The notes beneath the pieces were generated by a model, which was not told where the DNA came from, searched no databases, and worked only from the letters and a program-made list of their open reading frames with translations. From Malacoraja senta (taxonomy: Eukaryota): a stretch of DNA of 64,000 nt. The position numbers and the translations under genes were made by a program. How positions within the stretch are numbered: position 1 is the stretch's first letter; each line of letters opens with the position of its first letter. Positions 38,910 through 51,126 of the stretch are shown in pieces. Location of the stretch: the NCBI GenBank assembly GCA_038087875.1, contig CM075995.1, positions 6,760,001 to 6,824,000 on the forward strand, written 5' to 3'.

Positions 38910-39303
38910 TGATGAACTGTACACTGCAAGGGCCAGGAAGCGAGCGGGCAAGATCATCTCTGACCCCTCTCACCCTGGCCACAAAGGCTTTGGATCACTT
39001 CCCTCTGGAAGGCGACTCCGGACTGTCAAAGCTGCCACAGCCAGACATAAAAACAGCTTTTTTCCACGAGTAGTTGCTCTACTCAACAGCCAAAAATCTG
39101 TAGCCTCCCTTTGATCTTTGATCTGGTATTTTGTTGGTTCACATGCTTGATCAATGGTGTTTTATCATTAATGTTTTATTATTATTAATGTTTAGTGTTT
39201 TCTGAGTCATTCGTAACTGTCACCGTATGTCATGTTGTTACTTGTGGGCGGAGCACCAAGGCAAATTCCTTGTATGTGAATACTTGGCCAATAAACCTAC
39301 TTA
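38910..39303 (+). mobile_element. Rex1/Babar 3' fragment
   Basis: Nearly identical to 11195-11585. Confidence 0.87.
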
Positions 39304-40628
39304 CAGTAGATCACTGTTATCCTTAGGGAGGCACGGTGGCGCAGCGGTAGAGTTGTTGCCAGAGACCCGGGTTCGATCCTGACTATGGGTGCTGTCTGTA
39401 CGGAGTTTGTACAATCTCCCCGTGACCTGCGTGGGATTTCTCGGAGATCTTTAGTTTCCTCCCACACTCCAAAGACGTGCAGGTTTGCAGGTTAATTGGC
39501 TTTGGTAAAAATTATAAATTGCCCCTAGTGTGTAGGATAGTGCGTAGTGATCGCTGGTCGTCGATGGGCCGAAGGGCCGGTTTCAGCGCTGCATCTCTAT
39601 AAAGGCTAAAGCAAAATCACTCTTTCTAATCCAATCCCTACACATGTGGGGCAATTTTTTCCAGAGGCCCATTAGCCTACTAATCGGCACGCCTTTGGGA
39701 TGTGGTAGGAAACCGGAGCACCCGGAGGAAACCCACGCGGTCACTGGGTGAATGTGCACACTCCACACAGACAGCGCCCGAGGTACCAGCTGCGCCACCG
39801 TGCCTTCCATTCCCATGGTCCCTTCCTTTTCTGCTCCCCCTCTGTGATTCCTTCTGCTCGACTGCACAACGACCATGTTTTAACCCAGACTCACTACCAC
39901 AGCCACCCGCGTTTACTTGGAAGACGGACACAAAATGCTGGAGTAACTCAGCGGGACAGGCAGCATCTCCGGAGAGAAGGAACGGGTGACGTTTCGAGGG
40001 TCGAGACCCTTCTTCAGACTGAAAGTCACGGGAAAGGGAAACGAGAGATATAGACGGTGATGTAGAGAGATAAAGAACAATGAATGAAAGATATGCAACA
40101 AGGAACAAGGTAAGAATGATAAGGGAAACGGTGGCACAGCGGTAGAGTTGCTGCTTTGCAGCGAATGCAGTGCCGGAGACCCGGGTTCGATCCCGATTAC
40201 GGGCGCTGTCTTTACGGAGTTTGTACGTTCTCCCCGTGACCTGCGTGGGTTTTCTCAGAGATCTCCGGTTTCCTCCCACACTCCAAAGACGTGCAGGTTT
40301 GTAGGTTAATGTAAAAATTGTTCCTCGTGGGTGTAGGATTGTGTTAATGTGCGGGGATCGCTGGCCGGCGAGGACCCGGTGGGCCGAAGGGCCTGTTCCC
40401 GTGCTGTATCTCTAAACTAAACCAAACTAAAGGTCATTGTTAACTGTTTGCTGGGTGAAAACGAGAAGCTGGTGCGACTTGGGTGGTGGAGGGATGGAGA
40501 GAAAGGGAATGCCGGGTCAAGACCCTTCTTCAGACCGAGAGTCAGGGGAGAGGGAGTCTAGGGATATGGAAGGGTAAGGTGTGAAAACGACAGATCAAAG
40601 GGAACGATGATCAAGGGAATGTAGAATG

Positions 40629-40844
40629 TTTAAGAAGGAACTGCAAAAGCTAGAAAAATCGAAAGTAGATAAAAGTACTGGAGAAACTCAGCGGGTGGGG
40701 CAGCATCTATGGAGCGAAGGAATAGGTGACGTTTCGGGTCGAGACTTCAGTCTGAAGAAGGGTCTCGACCCGAAACGTCACCTATTCCTTCGCTCTATAG
40801 ATGCTGCCTCACCCGCTGAGTTTCTCCAGCATTTTTATCTACAG
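40629..40844. mobile_element. Palindromic Penelope-derived element nested in another PLE
   Basis: 14-bp TSD GGGAATGTAGAATG (40615-40628, 40845-40858). Confidence 0.85.
40752..40779 (+). ncRNA. Minimal type I hammerhead ribozyme-like core (representative copy)
   Basis: CUGAAGA-A-GGGU(CUCG)ACCC-GAAA-CGUC. Identical 28-mers at 41186, 41478, 43419 and 50747 (+) and at 12365 and 30599 (-). Activity unknown. Confidence 0.6.
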
Positions 40845-41869
40845 GGGAATGTAGAATGGTTTATTGTGAGCTGAGGGGAAGGTGACAACGAGGTGTACAA
40901 TCAGTAATATTTAATCAGCAGATCAGTAGAACTAGTCAGAGAACTAGGATGGGGAGGGACGGAGAGAGAGAGGGAATGCAAGGGTTACTTGAAGTTAAAG
41001 AAGTCAATGTTCATACCGCTGGGGTGTAAGCTGCCCAAGCGAAATATGAGGTGCTGTTGCTCCAATTTGCGCTGGGCCTCACTCTAAGGTTTTCTCAGTG
41101 CTTTGCCTGTGCTTTTCACACCTTTCATTCGTTTGTTCTTTGTACCTTTTCATACCAGCCGTTTCCCTCTCCCCTGACTCTCAGTCTGAAGAAGGGTCTC
41201 GACCCGAAACGTCGCCCATTCCTTCTCTCCAGAGACGCTGCTGCCTGTCCCGCTGAGTTACTCCAGCGTTTTGTGTCTATCTTTGGCACAATGACTGTCC
41301 CTCTTGCACTGTGTGGAGCCTGCACAAATTAATCTTCACTGCTGACTCAGCGTTAAAGGGCGCTCTTTTAGAAAGGAGGCGAGGAGGAACTTCTTTAGTC
41401 GGAGGGTTGTTAATCTGTGGAACTCATTGCCACAGAGGGCTGTGGAGGAGGCCACGTCAGTGGATATTTTGAATACCCTGAAGAAGGGTCTCGACCCGAA
41501 ACGTCACCCATTCCTTCTCTCCAGAGATGCTGCTGCCTGTCCCGCTGAGTTACTCCAGCTGTTTGTGTCTATCTTCGGATATTTTTAAGGCAGGGATGGA
41601 CAAGTTCTTGAGTAGAATGGGTGTCAAGGGTTATGTGGGAGAAATCAGGACAATGGGATTAGGAGGCAGAGATCAGCCATGATTGAATGGTGGAGTAGAT
41701 TCGATGGGCCGAATGGCCTAATTCTACTTCTATAACTTGTGAACCTTTGACTTTGCACACTTTATCTTGTAATGACTTATCCAGAGGCACATGTTCACTA
41801 CTCTGTTTGAAATCTGACAACTTCTAAATATAATGTACTGGCAGCATAGAGGTTGCCGGAGGCCCTCAC

Positions 41870-42214
41870 AGGGCCTGTCCCACTAGGCGATTTTTTAGGC
41901 GACTGCCAGTGACTGTCGTAGTCGTAGCAGGTCGCCGAAAAAACAGCGACTGGACTAATGGGCCTGTCCCACTTAGCTGATTTTTTAGGCGACTACGACA
42001 GCACCTACGTCAGGAGAAGACAGGCTACGACAAGCCCACGGTCGACGACTGTCGCCGAAAAGTTTGAACATTTCAAAATCCAGCGGCGACCAGAAAAACG
42101 CCACGACTCTTTGAGCGACTGAGGAGACTACTCACGACCATACAGGCGACACCCCGGGCTACCGTGTGGCAAAAGCCAAGTCGCCTAAAAAATCGCCTAA
42201 GTGGGACATGCCCT
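41870..42214. mobile_element. MITE with two left TIRs and one right TIR
   Basis: AGGGCCTGTCCCACT at 41870, TGGGCCTGTCCCACTT at 41959, and AAGTGGGACATGCCCT ending at 42214. Confidence 0.75.
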
Positions 42215-44231
42215 GTAGGAATCTGAGACATCTAAGCAAGAATGTGCTGGTTGTGGCGAGGGTCCAGAGGAGGTTTGCAGGAATGATCCCAGCAATGAGT
42301 GGGTTAACATATGACGAGCGTTTGACGGCACTGGGCCTGTATTTGCTGGAATTTAGAAGGATGAGGGGGGGGCCTCATTGAAACGTATTGAATAGTGAAA
42401 GGCTTAGTGAATGTGGAGAGGATGTTTCCACTGGTGGGAGAGTCCAGGACTAGAGGACATGGCCTGAGAATTAAAAGACGTTCTTTTAGGAAGGAGATGA
42501 GGAGGAATTTCTGTACGGAGTTTGGACGTTCTCCCCTGCGTGGGCTTTCTCCGGTTTTCTCTCACACTCCAAAGACGTGCAGGTTTGTCATTTAATTGGC
42601 TTGGTAAAATAGACAATAGACAATAGACAATAGGTGCAGGAGTAGGCCATTCAGCCCTTCGAGCCAGTACCGCCATTCAATGTGATCATGGCTGATCATC
42701 CCCAATCAGTACCACATTCCTGCCTTATCCCCATATCCCCTGACTCCGCTATCTTTAATAAAAATTGTAAACCTCTACGTGGCATCTCTTTGTATACCGC
42801 TGTACCTAGTATTTCGCTGTAGCTAGTATCCATCATTAAGTGGTCGCTGCCACACAGCTTCACAGCTACCTCACAACGCCAGAGACCCAGGTTCGATCCT
42901 GACCACGGGTGCTGTCTGTACGGAGTTTGTAAGTTCCCTGCGTAACCTGCGTGGGTTTTCTCTGGGTGCTCCGGTTTCCTCCCAAACTCCACCTTAAAAA
43001 TATCATTGACGGCAATGAATACCTCAGATTCACCACCCTCTGGCCAAAGAAATTTCTCCTCATCTCCTTCCTAAAGAAAAGTCCTTTAATTCTGAGGCTG
43101 CGCCCTCTGGTCCTAGACTCTCTCACTCGTGGAACCATCCTCTCCACATCCACTCTACCCAGGCCTTTAACTATTCTTTAAGTTACAATCAGGTCCCCCC
43201 TCATCCTTGTAAACTATCAGCTATGTTTGAATGGCGGAGTAGACCTGATAGGCCGAATGGCCTCATTCCGCTCCTACTACTTATGAACTTATAAATCCAT
43301 CTAAATAGTTGCATGGACCGGAAAGGTATCACTCATGAGTGATGGCTAGAGGAAAAAAGAGACCATTTATTCTTGCAGTCTCTCAGCTCTCAGATGCTGT
43401 TGGCCTGAAATTGCCAGTCTGAAGAAGGGTCTCGACCCGAAACGTCACCCATTCCTTCTCTCCAGAGATGCTGCCTGTCCCGCTGAGTTACTCCAGCATT
43501 TTGCGTCTATGGTTTAAACCAACATCTGCAGTTCCTTCCTGCACACTGCTTGCCTAAATCTGTTTGGGATTAGCCGGATTCAATAAGATGATGTGTCATT
43601 TCAACCAGCTCTTTTCATCCGCTGACAGGTTTATTTGTCTGTGGTCAGGGCTATAAGAGTCAGGACATTCTAACCCAGCTTCAAAAACCATGCACTAACA
43701 CGGCCAGCCTGACAGCTCCTTGGAGACTGTGCAGCACCACATCCCTTCTTTCAATGCATTTAGTTTTGTTGAAAGTTTTCTCTGCCTCAGAGGGCGGTGG
43801 AGGCCAGTTCTCTGGATGCTTTCAAGAGAGAGCTAGATAGGGCTCTTAAAGATAGCGGAGTCAGGGGATATGGGGAGAAGGCAGGAACGGGGTACTGATT
43901 GGGGATGATCAGCCATGATCACATTGAATGGCGGTGCTGGCTCGAAGGGCCGAATGGCCTACACCTGCACCTATTGTCTATTGTCTAAAGATTCAGCGCA
44001 GAAACAGGCCCATTGGCCGGCCGGGTCCTCACCGTCCAGCGATCACGCATACGCATTATCCAGCACACACAATTACAATTATACCAAGCCCAATAACCTA
44101 CAAACCCCAACGTACAAACTCCGTACAGACAGCGCCCATAGTCAGGATTGAACCCGGGTCTACGGCGCTGTGAGGCAGCAACTCTACTGCGGCGCCGCCG
44201 TGCCGAGCTTCTGTAAAGCTCTCAGCTACTT

Positions 44232-44548
44232 TAGTTCTAGTTTAGAGATACAGCGCGGAAACAGGCCCTTCGGCCCACCGAGTCCGCGCCGGCCAGCGAT
44301 CCCCGCACATTAACACCATCCTACACACACTAGGGACAATTTCTACATTTACACCAAGCCAATTAACCTACATACTTGTACGTCTTTGGAGTGTGGGAGG
44401 AAACCAAAGATCTCGGAGAAAACCAACGCAGGTCACAGGGAGAGCGTACAAACTCCGTACAGACAGCACCCGTAGTCGGGATCGAACCTGGGTCTCTGGC
44501 GCTGCAAGCGCTGTAAGGCAGCAACTCTACCGCTGCGCCACCGTGCCG
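44232..44548 (-). mobile_element. HE1-like V-SINE, full length (second partial copy at ~43990-44205)
   Basis: Head, V-domain and tail. Confidence 0.92.
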
Positions 44549-45014
44549 CTCTTGTTAAAAAAGCTGAACGATTAATTCATATTCAACATAGGAGGGGGGA
44601 GGAGGAGGTGAGATGATGCTGTTATGTTAACCTGTTGTGCTTCCTATTTTCGAAACCTGTCCTATCCCTGTACCCGTCTAACTTTCTTATACCTAGTGAT
44701 AATCCCAGCCCCAACTACCTCCTCTTTCAGCTCGTTCCATACACCCACCACCCTTTGTGTCAAAACGTTACCCCTCAGGTTCATATTAAATCTTTCCCCC
44801 CCCCCCCCCCCTCCCCCCTCTCTTTAAAGCTGTGTCCTCTGGTTCTCGATTCCCCTACTCTGGGCAAGAGACTCTGTGATCTACCCAATCTATTCCTCTC
44901 ATGATTTTAGTTATGTTTAGTCTATGTTTAGTCTAATTTAGACATGCAGCGTGGAAACAGGCCCTTCAGCCCACCGGGTCCGTGCCGACCAGCGATTAAC
45001 ACTACCCTACACAC

Positions 45015-45430
45015 ACAATAGACAATAGACAATAGACAATAGGTGCAAGAGTAGGCCATTCGGCCCCTCGAGCCAGCACCGCCATTCAATGTGATCATGG
45101 CTGATCATCCCCAATCAGTACCCCGTTCCTGCCTTCTCCCGATATACCCTGACTCCGCTATTTTTTAAGAGCCCTATCTAGCTCTCTCTTGAAAGCATCC
45201 AGAGAACCGGCCTCCACCGCCCTCTGAGGCAGAGAATTCCACAGACTCACCACTCTCTGTGAGAAAAAGTGTTTGCTCGTCTCCGTTCTAAATGGCTTAC
45301 TCCTTATTCTTAAACTGTGGCCCCTGGTTCTGGACTCCCCCAACATCGGGAACATGTTTCCTGCCTCTAGCGTGTCCAAACCCTTAACAATCTTATATGT
45401 TTCAATGAGATGCCCTCTCATCCTTCTAAA
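45015..45430 (-). mobile_element. CR1 3' fragment inserted in a SINE (~44930-45638, -)
   Basis: Peptide MRGHLIETYKIVKGLD...FKRELDRAL. SINE halves lie on both sides. Confidence 0.9.
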
Positions 45431-45789
45431 GGAGGGACAATTTCACATTTACACCAAGCCAATCAATCTACAAACCTGCACGTCTTTGGAGTGTGGGAGG
45501 AAACCGAAGATCTCGGAGAAAACTCACACAGGTCACGGGGAGAACGTACAAACTCCGTACAGACAGCGCCCGTAGTGAAAATCGAACCCGGGTCTCTGCC
45601 GCTGTGAGGCAGCAACTCTACCGCTGCGCAACCGTGCCATTTAGTTTATTGTCACGTGTACCGAGGTACAGTGAAAAGCTTTTGTTGTGTGTCAACCAGT
45701 CAGCGGAAAGCCAATACATGAATACAATCGAGCTATTCACAGTGTTCAGATACATGATAAGTACGAATAACGCTATAATGAATAACATT

Positions 45790-46687
45790 TATTTATTTAT
45801 TTTTTCATTTCAAAATAGACTTTATCCAGCAGCGGAAGGACCCTAGACTGTGGCCCTCCCCCACCGTGCCTTGGCGTTGGCTGCACCGAGCTTCAGTGCG
45901 TCCCTCAGCACGTACTCCTGCAGTCTGCAGCGGGCCAGTCGGCAACATTCCCCGACGGACATCCCGCTCCGCTGGGAGGTCAACAAAGCTCGGGCAGACC
46001 AAAGAGCGTCTTTCACCGAGTTGACGACCTTCCAGCAGCACTCGATGTCCGTCTCTGAATGCGTCCCTGGGAACAGTCCGTAAATCACAGAGTCCTCTGT
46101 GACGGAGTTGTTCGGAATAAGCCGGGACAGGGACCCTTGCAAACCTCTCCAGACTGTCTTTGCAAATCCACACTCTGCAAAGAGGTGGGCAACTGTCTCC
46201 TCTCCATAGCAGCCGACCCGAGGGCAGCGTGCGCTGGTTGTGAGGTTCCGACGGTGCAGGAAGGATCTGACTGGGAGGGCTCCCCTCACCGCCAGCCAAG
46301 CCAGGTCTTGGTGCTTGTTGGTGAGTTCTGGCGATGAGGCATTTTGCCAGACAAGCTGGGCAGTCTGCTCCGGGAACCACACCACAGGATCCATCGAGTC
46401 CTTTCCCTGCAGTGCCTGCAGGACGTTCCGTGTTGACCGGTGCCCGATGGACTTGTGGTCAAAGGCGTTGGTCCGGAAGAACCTTTCCACGAGCGACAGA
46501 TGGGGCGGCAATGTCCAGCTGACTGGCACATTGCGTGGCATCTGCGCCAGGCCCATCCTTCGCAACACCGGGGACAGGTAGAACCTCAGCAGGTAGTGAC
46601 ACTTGGTGCCCACGTGCCTTGGCTCTACACTCCGCCTGATGCAGCCACACACAAAGGTGGCCTTCAGGGTGAGGGCGACATTGGGCA
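45790..46687 (-). pseudogene. Tx1-clade LINE ORF2 3' fragment (zf-RVT), inserted in a Rex1 tail
   Basis: About 280 open codons including CPRVGCYGEETVAHLFAEC. 3' end is ATAAAG...(TAAA)n. The Rex1 tail lies at ~45640-45789 and 46688-46805. Confidence 0.85.
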
Positions 46688-47156
46688 GTGCAAGATAGAG
46701 GCAGTAAAGTCCGATCAAGGAGAGTCCGAGGGTCTCCAATGAGGTTGACAGTAGTTCAGGTCAGCTCTCTAGTTGTGGTGGGATGGTTCAGTTGCCTGAT
46801 AACAGATATTCTGTATACCTCTCATGATTTTGATCTCACAATTCAGCTCCCTTTCCGCATAGTTAATTACTTTGCTCTTTAAATCCTACTCTGGGCCTGT
46901 TTCGGTCTTGAGCCTACAGTTTCTTTCATTGTTAACCTGTTCTGCATTAGAACTTCCCCAGTGGTTCAATTGTCAGGAAATGCTGGCAGACCTTCAAGGA
47001 AACTTTCTCCCCTCCACCCCCCTCCCCCTCCGCTCCTGTATTTCACTGTGAGCCTCTCTTCAGTTTGGAAACCGGGAAAAAAAACCAACATTTGGCGGAG
47101 TTCTCGGTCACCTTGCTTTCACACCGTCCTAACCTATTCCAATTGCTTCAAATCGG

Positions 47157-47455
47157 GGGCGGCATGGAGGCGCAGCGGTAGCGTTGCTGCCTTACAGCGC
47201 CGGAGACCCGGGTTCGATCCCGACTACGGGTGCTGTCTGTACGGGGTTTGTACATTCTCCCCGTGACCTGCGTGGGGTTTTCCTCCGGGATCTTCGCTTT
47301 CCTCCCACACTCCAACATCGTACAGGTTTGTAGGTCAATTGGCCTGGTATAAGTGTAAATTGTCCCCAGTGTGTGTGCAGGGTAGCGTTAGTGTGCGCTG
47401 ACTCGGTGGGCCGAAGGGCCTGTTTCAACACTGTATCTCTAAAACGAAACTAAAT
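47157..47455 (+). mobile_element. HE1-like V-SINE
   Basis: Head, V-domain and tail. Confidence 0.9.
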
Positions 47456-47789
47456 TTCAATTTGCAGAGTCATAGAGTCGTGGAATCAACAGCGCCCTGT
47501 ATCTCTAAACTGAACTAAAAATGACTTGAAGACAGAGACTCCTGGAGAGCAGGAGTGCGGAGCAGATGTTTAGCTTCACCATATCACCTCCCTCTTCTTT
47601 CTCTGTATCTCAGAGGAATGAAGGGAGAATGAAGTCCACGTGCAGTTAATAACTTGAGATTGGAAATCGCGTGAACTAATTACTGGCACAACATGGGGAA
47701 TGCAGCGTGAGGCTAATTATTTAACAAACTCCCTCACTGCAAGCAAGATGTCATTTGTGAGAGGAAAAGTTTCGTTTAGTTTCGTTTAA

Positions 47790-48015
47790 AGGGCCTGTCC
47801 CACTTGGCCGTCATTTGCGCGTAATTTACGCGACATCATTTACGCGTCATGACGCATGACCCGCGCGTCGTGACACGCACGTTGTGCGCGCATGGTGCGT
47901 GATGACATAGGCAGTGACGTGCGGCTGCGCGCTTGGAGTCGCAGGATTTTGTGATGTACAAAATCTTCACGCGCCATCTGCGTGATGCGCAAATGACAGC
48001 CGTGGGACAGGCCCT
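47790..48015. mobile_element. MITE with AGGGCCTGTCCCAC TIRs (third internal type, largely palindromic)
   Basis: TAA-AGGGCCTGTCCCAC ... GTGGGACAGGCCCT-TTA. CpG-rich interior. Confidence 0.85.
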
Positions 48016-48129
48016 TTACTTAGTTTAGTTTCGCTTAGTTTAATTTAGTTTAGTTTAGTTTAATAGTTCTATAGTATAACGAATAAGCTATGAGCTCTGA
48101 ACTGCAAAAGACTATATTATTATTTGTTA

Positions 48130-49960
48130 TACAATACAATACAATACAATTTATTTGTCATTTGGACCCCGTTGAGGTCCAAACGAAATGTTGTTTCTGC
48201 AGCCATACAGAAGGAGGAGCCGCCATCTTGGAGGAACGGTTGCTAAACAGCAGCCGTCCGTCAAATTCACTTTTTCTTTAGTTTTAGTGTTTTTTATTTC
48301 TTTGTTTGTTTGGGGAATTTTGACTTTTAATGTGGGGGGTAAAGGGGAAACTATTTCTAGGTCCCTACCTGGTCGGTGAGGCAGCTTTTTCTCCAGGCTG
48401 CCTCGTCGACCCGTCCTCGTGGCCTACCAGCGGGCATGGAGCGGCGTTTTCCTGGCGGGGACCGCCCAGCACCTTCAGCTTCGGTGGCGGCACAGCGCTG
48501 GAGCGCTATCGTGGAGCGTAGCGGGCGATGCCTTGCCTGGGTCGCCGCGCTGGATCGACGCGGTGGAGCTCCGGTATGCGGTGACCGCCGACATCAACAC
48601 CTCCGGGCTGCGGGTCTGCGGAGCGACTTTTACATCGGGAGCCTCGTGGCTCCAACTCGGCGCGGCCCTGTCGGCTTCAGGGCCTTTTCTTTGTCGGGTC
48701 TCCGTTGTCGTTGGGGCTGGGCAACGTGGAGCGGCCTCCAGCAGGAACGACCTGGGACTCTCCCGACGGCCAGGAACATCGGGCCTCCGTAGAGGCAACT
48801 GTGGCGGCCTCGATGGGCCTGACTCTGGGGAGAACTGGGTTGGGGACTGGACATTGTGCCTTCCCCCACAGTGGTGGTCATTGTGGGGGGATGATTTTTG
48901 TGTGCTGTGCCTGTTAGTCCGTGTACAAGATGGCGGTCGGAGGGGAGAGTGGACGCTGGCGCGAATTGGTCGCCGCTGCTCTCTCCTTAAATTGTGTTTC
49001 TTATTTTCTTTTGGTGCTTTTGTACTTGAATTCTGTCCTTGATTTGTGTACTGTGGTGTTTTTATATTTAATTTACTCCGATTATGTGTTTTGTATTTTT
49101 GTGATTCTATGCCTTGTAAGGTGTCCTTGGGTTTTAGAAAGGCGCCAGTAAATAAAATGAATTATTATTATTATTATTACAAAACGAAGAAGACCCGAGA
49201 CACAACACAATTTACACATACATCCATCACAACGCTGTGATGGAAGGCAAAAAAACCGTATCTCTCCACTGCACCCCCCCCCCCCCCCGATGTCAGAGTC
49301 AAAGTCAAAGCCCCCGGCGGGCGATGGTGATTGTCCCGCGGCCATTAAGCCACGCCGGGTGATGCAAGGTCGCGCACCGGGTCTTGGTGTTAGAGCCCCG
49401 GCGCGCGCCCGCCCGCAAAGTCCCGCGGCCATTCCAAGCCGCGCGGGGCGGTGATGTAAAGCCCCGCTCCAGGTGCTCTTCAACCCCGCAACTCGGGCGG
49501 GAGAAGTCGCCGCTGCGGAAGCCCCGAAAAGCGGTCTCCCACCAGGGGACCCGCGGGCTTCCGGTGTTGCCGTCCGCCAGACCCCCGGTTGTAGCCTCCG
49601 AATCTCTGGGGGTCGGGTCGGGTCGGGTCGCAGCAGCGCTCCACCACAGCTCCACCCGCTCCGGACTCGGCCAGCCCCGTGACGGTGAGTAGTCCGCAGC
49701 TCCGCAACTGGAGCCCCAGGTCGTTCCTGCTGGAGGCCGCTCCACGTTGCCCGGCCCCAACGACAACGGAGACCCGACAAAGAAAAGGTCGGGTCTCCCG
49801 TGCAGGGGAAAGATTTTAAAGTCCCCCCACCCCCCCCCACCCCCACACACATACCCCGACAAGAAAAAAAAAAAAAAAACTACATGGAAACGAGACAAAA
49901 ATAATAAAAAGACAGACGGACTGCAGAGGCCGCTGCTGACGAGAGTCGCGCCGCCCACTG
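48130..49960 (-). mobile_element. GC-rich non-coding retroposon, interrupted by an inverted relative
   Basis: The tail (stem-loop 48161-48183, (GTATT)n) is separated from the body (49178-49960, CCTT-hairpin at 49223-49247) by 48210-49177. Confidence 0.65.
48210..49177 (+). mobile_element. GC-rich non-coding retroposon plus a short CAAGATGGCG-headed unit with an L2-type tail
   Basis: GCCGCCATCTTG near the 5' end and a CCTT-hairpin at 48859-48889. Tail TGTAAGGTGTCCTTGGG...AAAGGCGCC...AATAAA(TTA)n. Confidence 0.6.
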
Positions 49961-50250
49961 TGGTACAAATATTTGCACCATATTTGTTATTTATTTAACT
50001 TTTTTCTTTTTTCCCCCCGTTATATACAATGTTTACATAGTCACATATTCTGTTGTGCTGCAGCAAGTAAGAATTTCATTCTCTTCACTCTCTAGTTTAG
50101 TTTAGTTTAGTTTTAGTCGAGCTGCTTTTCCCCGTAAAGAGATGAAAAGTTCAGAGCTAATCAGAGCTGCGTTCTTGCAGGTACGTGGGAGGATTCCATC
50201 ACACTCCTGACGCTGGTATTATAGATGGATGATAGACCTTCATGAAGTTA

Positions 50251-50552
50251 GGGCGGCACGGTGGCGCAGCGGTAGAGTCGCTGCCTCACAGCGCCAGAGA
50301 CCCGGGTTCGATCCTGACTACGGGCGCTGTCTGTACAGAGTTTGTACGTTCTCCCCGTGACCTGCGTGGGTTTTCTCCGGGTGCTCCGGTCACCTCCCCA
50401 CACTCCAACAACGTACAGGTGTGTATGTTAATTGGCTAGGTATAATTGTAAATTGTCCCTAGTGTGCGTTGGATAGCGTTAGATAACGTAGGATCGTTGG
50501 TCGGCGCGGACTCAGTGGGCCAAAGGGCCTGTTTCCGCGCTGTATCTCTAAA
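50251..50552 (+). mobile_element. HE1-like V-SINE, full length
   Basis: Head, V-domain and tail. Confidence 0.93.
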
Positions 50553-50926
50553 TCACACTCTAAGCTCCAAAAACGTATAGGTTGGTGGGTTAATTGGCTT
50601 TGGTAAAACATTGTAGATTTGCTGTGAAGTTGGACACAAAATGCTGGAGTAACTCAGTGGGACAGGCAGCATCTGTGGAGAGACCCTTCTTCAGACTGAG
50701 AGTCAGGGGAGAGGGAGACACAGAGATATGGAATCTAGATATATGTCTGAAGAAGGGTCTCGACCCGAAACGTCACCCATTCCTTCTCTCTAGAAATGCT
50801 GCCTGTCCCGCTGAGGTACTCCAGAATTTGGTGTCTATCTTTGGTTTAAACCAGCATCTGCAATTCCTTCCTACACAGATATATGGAAGGGTAAGGTGTG
50901 AAAACGACAGATCAAAGCAGATGGTG

Positions 50927-51126
50927 NNNNNNNNNNNNNNNNNNNNNNNNNNNNNNNNNNNNNNNNNNNNNNNNNNNNNNNNNNNNNNNNNNNNNNNNNN
51001 NNNNNNNNNNNNNNNNNNNNNNNNNNNNNNNNNNNNNNNNNNNNNNNNNNNNNNNNNNNNNNNNNNNNNNNNNNNNNNNNNNNNNNNNNNNNNNNNNNNN
51101 NNNNNNNNNNNNNNNNNNNNNNNNNN
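50927..51126. other. Assembly gap (200 N)
   Basis: Run of N. A PLE on the left and a CR1 on the right are both cut by it. Confidence 1.

Larger units (their letters stand above)
39925..41080 (-). mobile_element. Cluster of tandem/nested Penelope-like 3' fragments with an inserted SINE (40128-40410, +)
   Basis: 41080-40985 (-) translates EAQRKLEQQHLIFRLGSLHPSGMNIDFFNFK*. Several hammerhead-like cores. Confidence 0.82.

Noticed and set aside
45843..46739. 298-aa host gene
   Set aside because: It is a Tx1 ORF2 C-terminal fragment. The apparent start and first ~17 residues come from the flanking Rex1 tail.
48210..49960. Host-gene CpG-island promoter with 200-250 aa ORFs
   Set aside because: The region resolves into nested, tailed repeats with relatives elsewhere in the window. 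The ORFs reflect high GC content.
50251..50330. tRNA genes (this and the other ~30 tRNA-like heads)
   Set aside because: Each continues directly into the V-domain and LINE-derived tail, so they are SINE heads.
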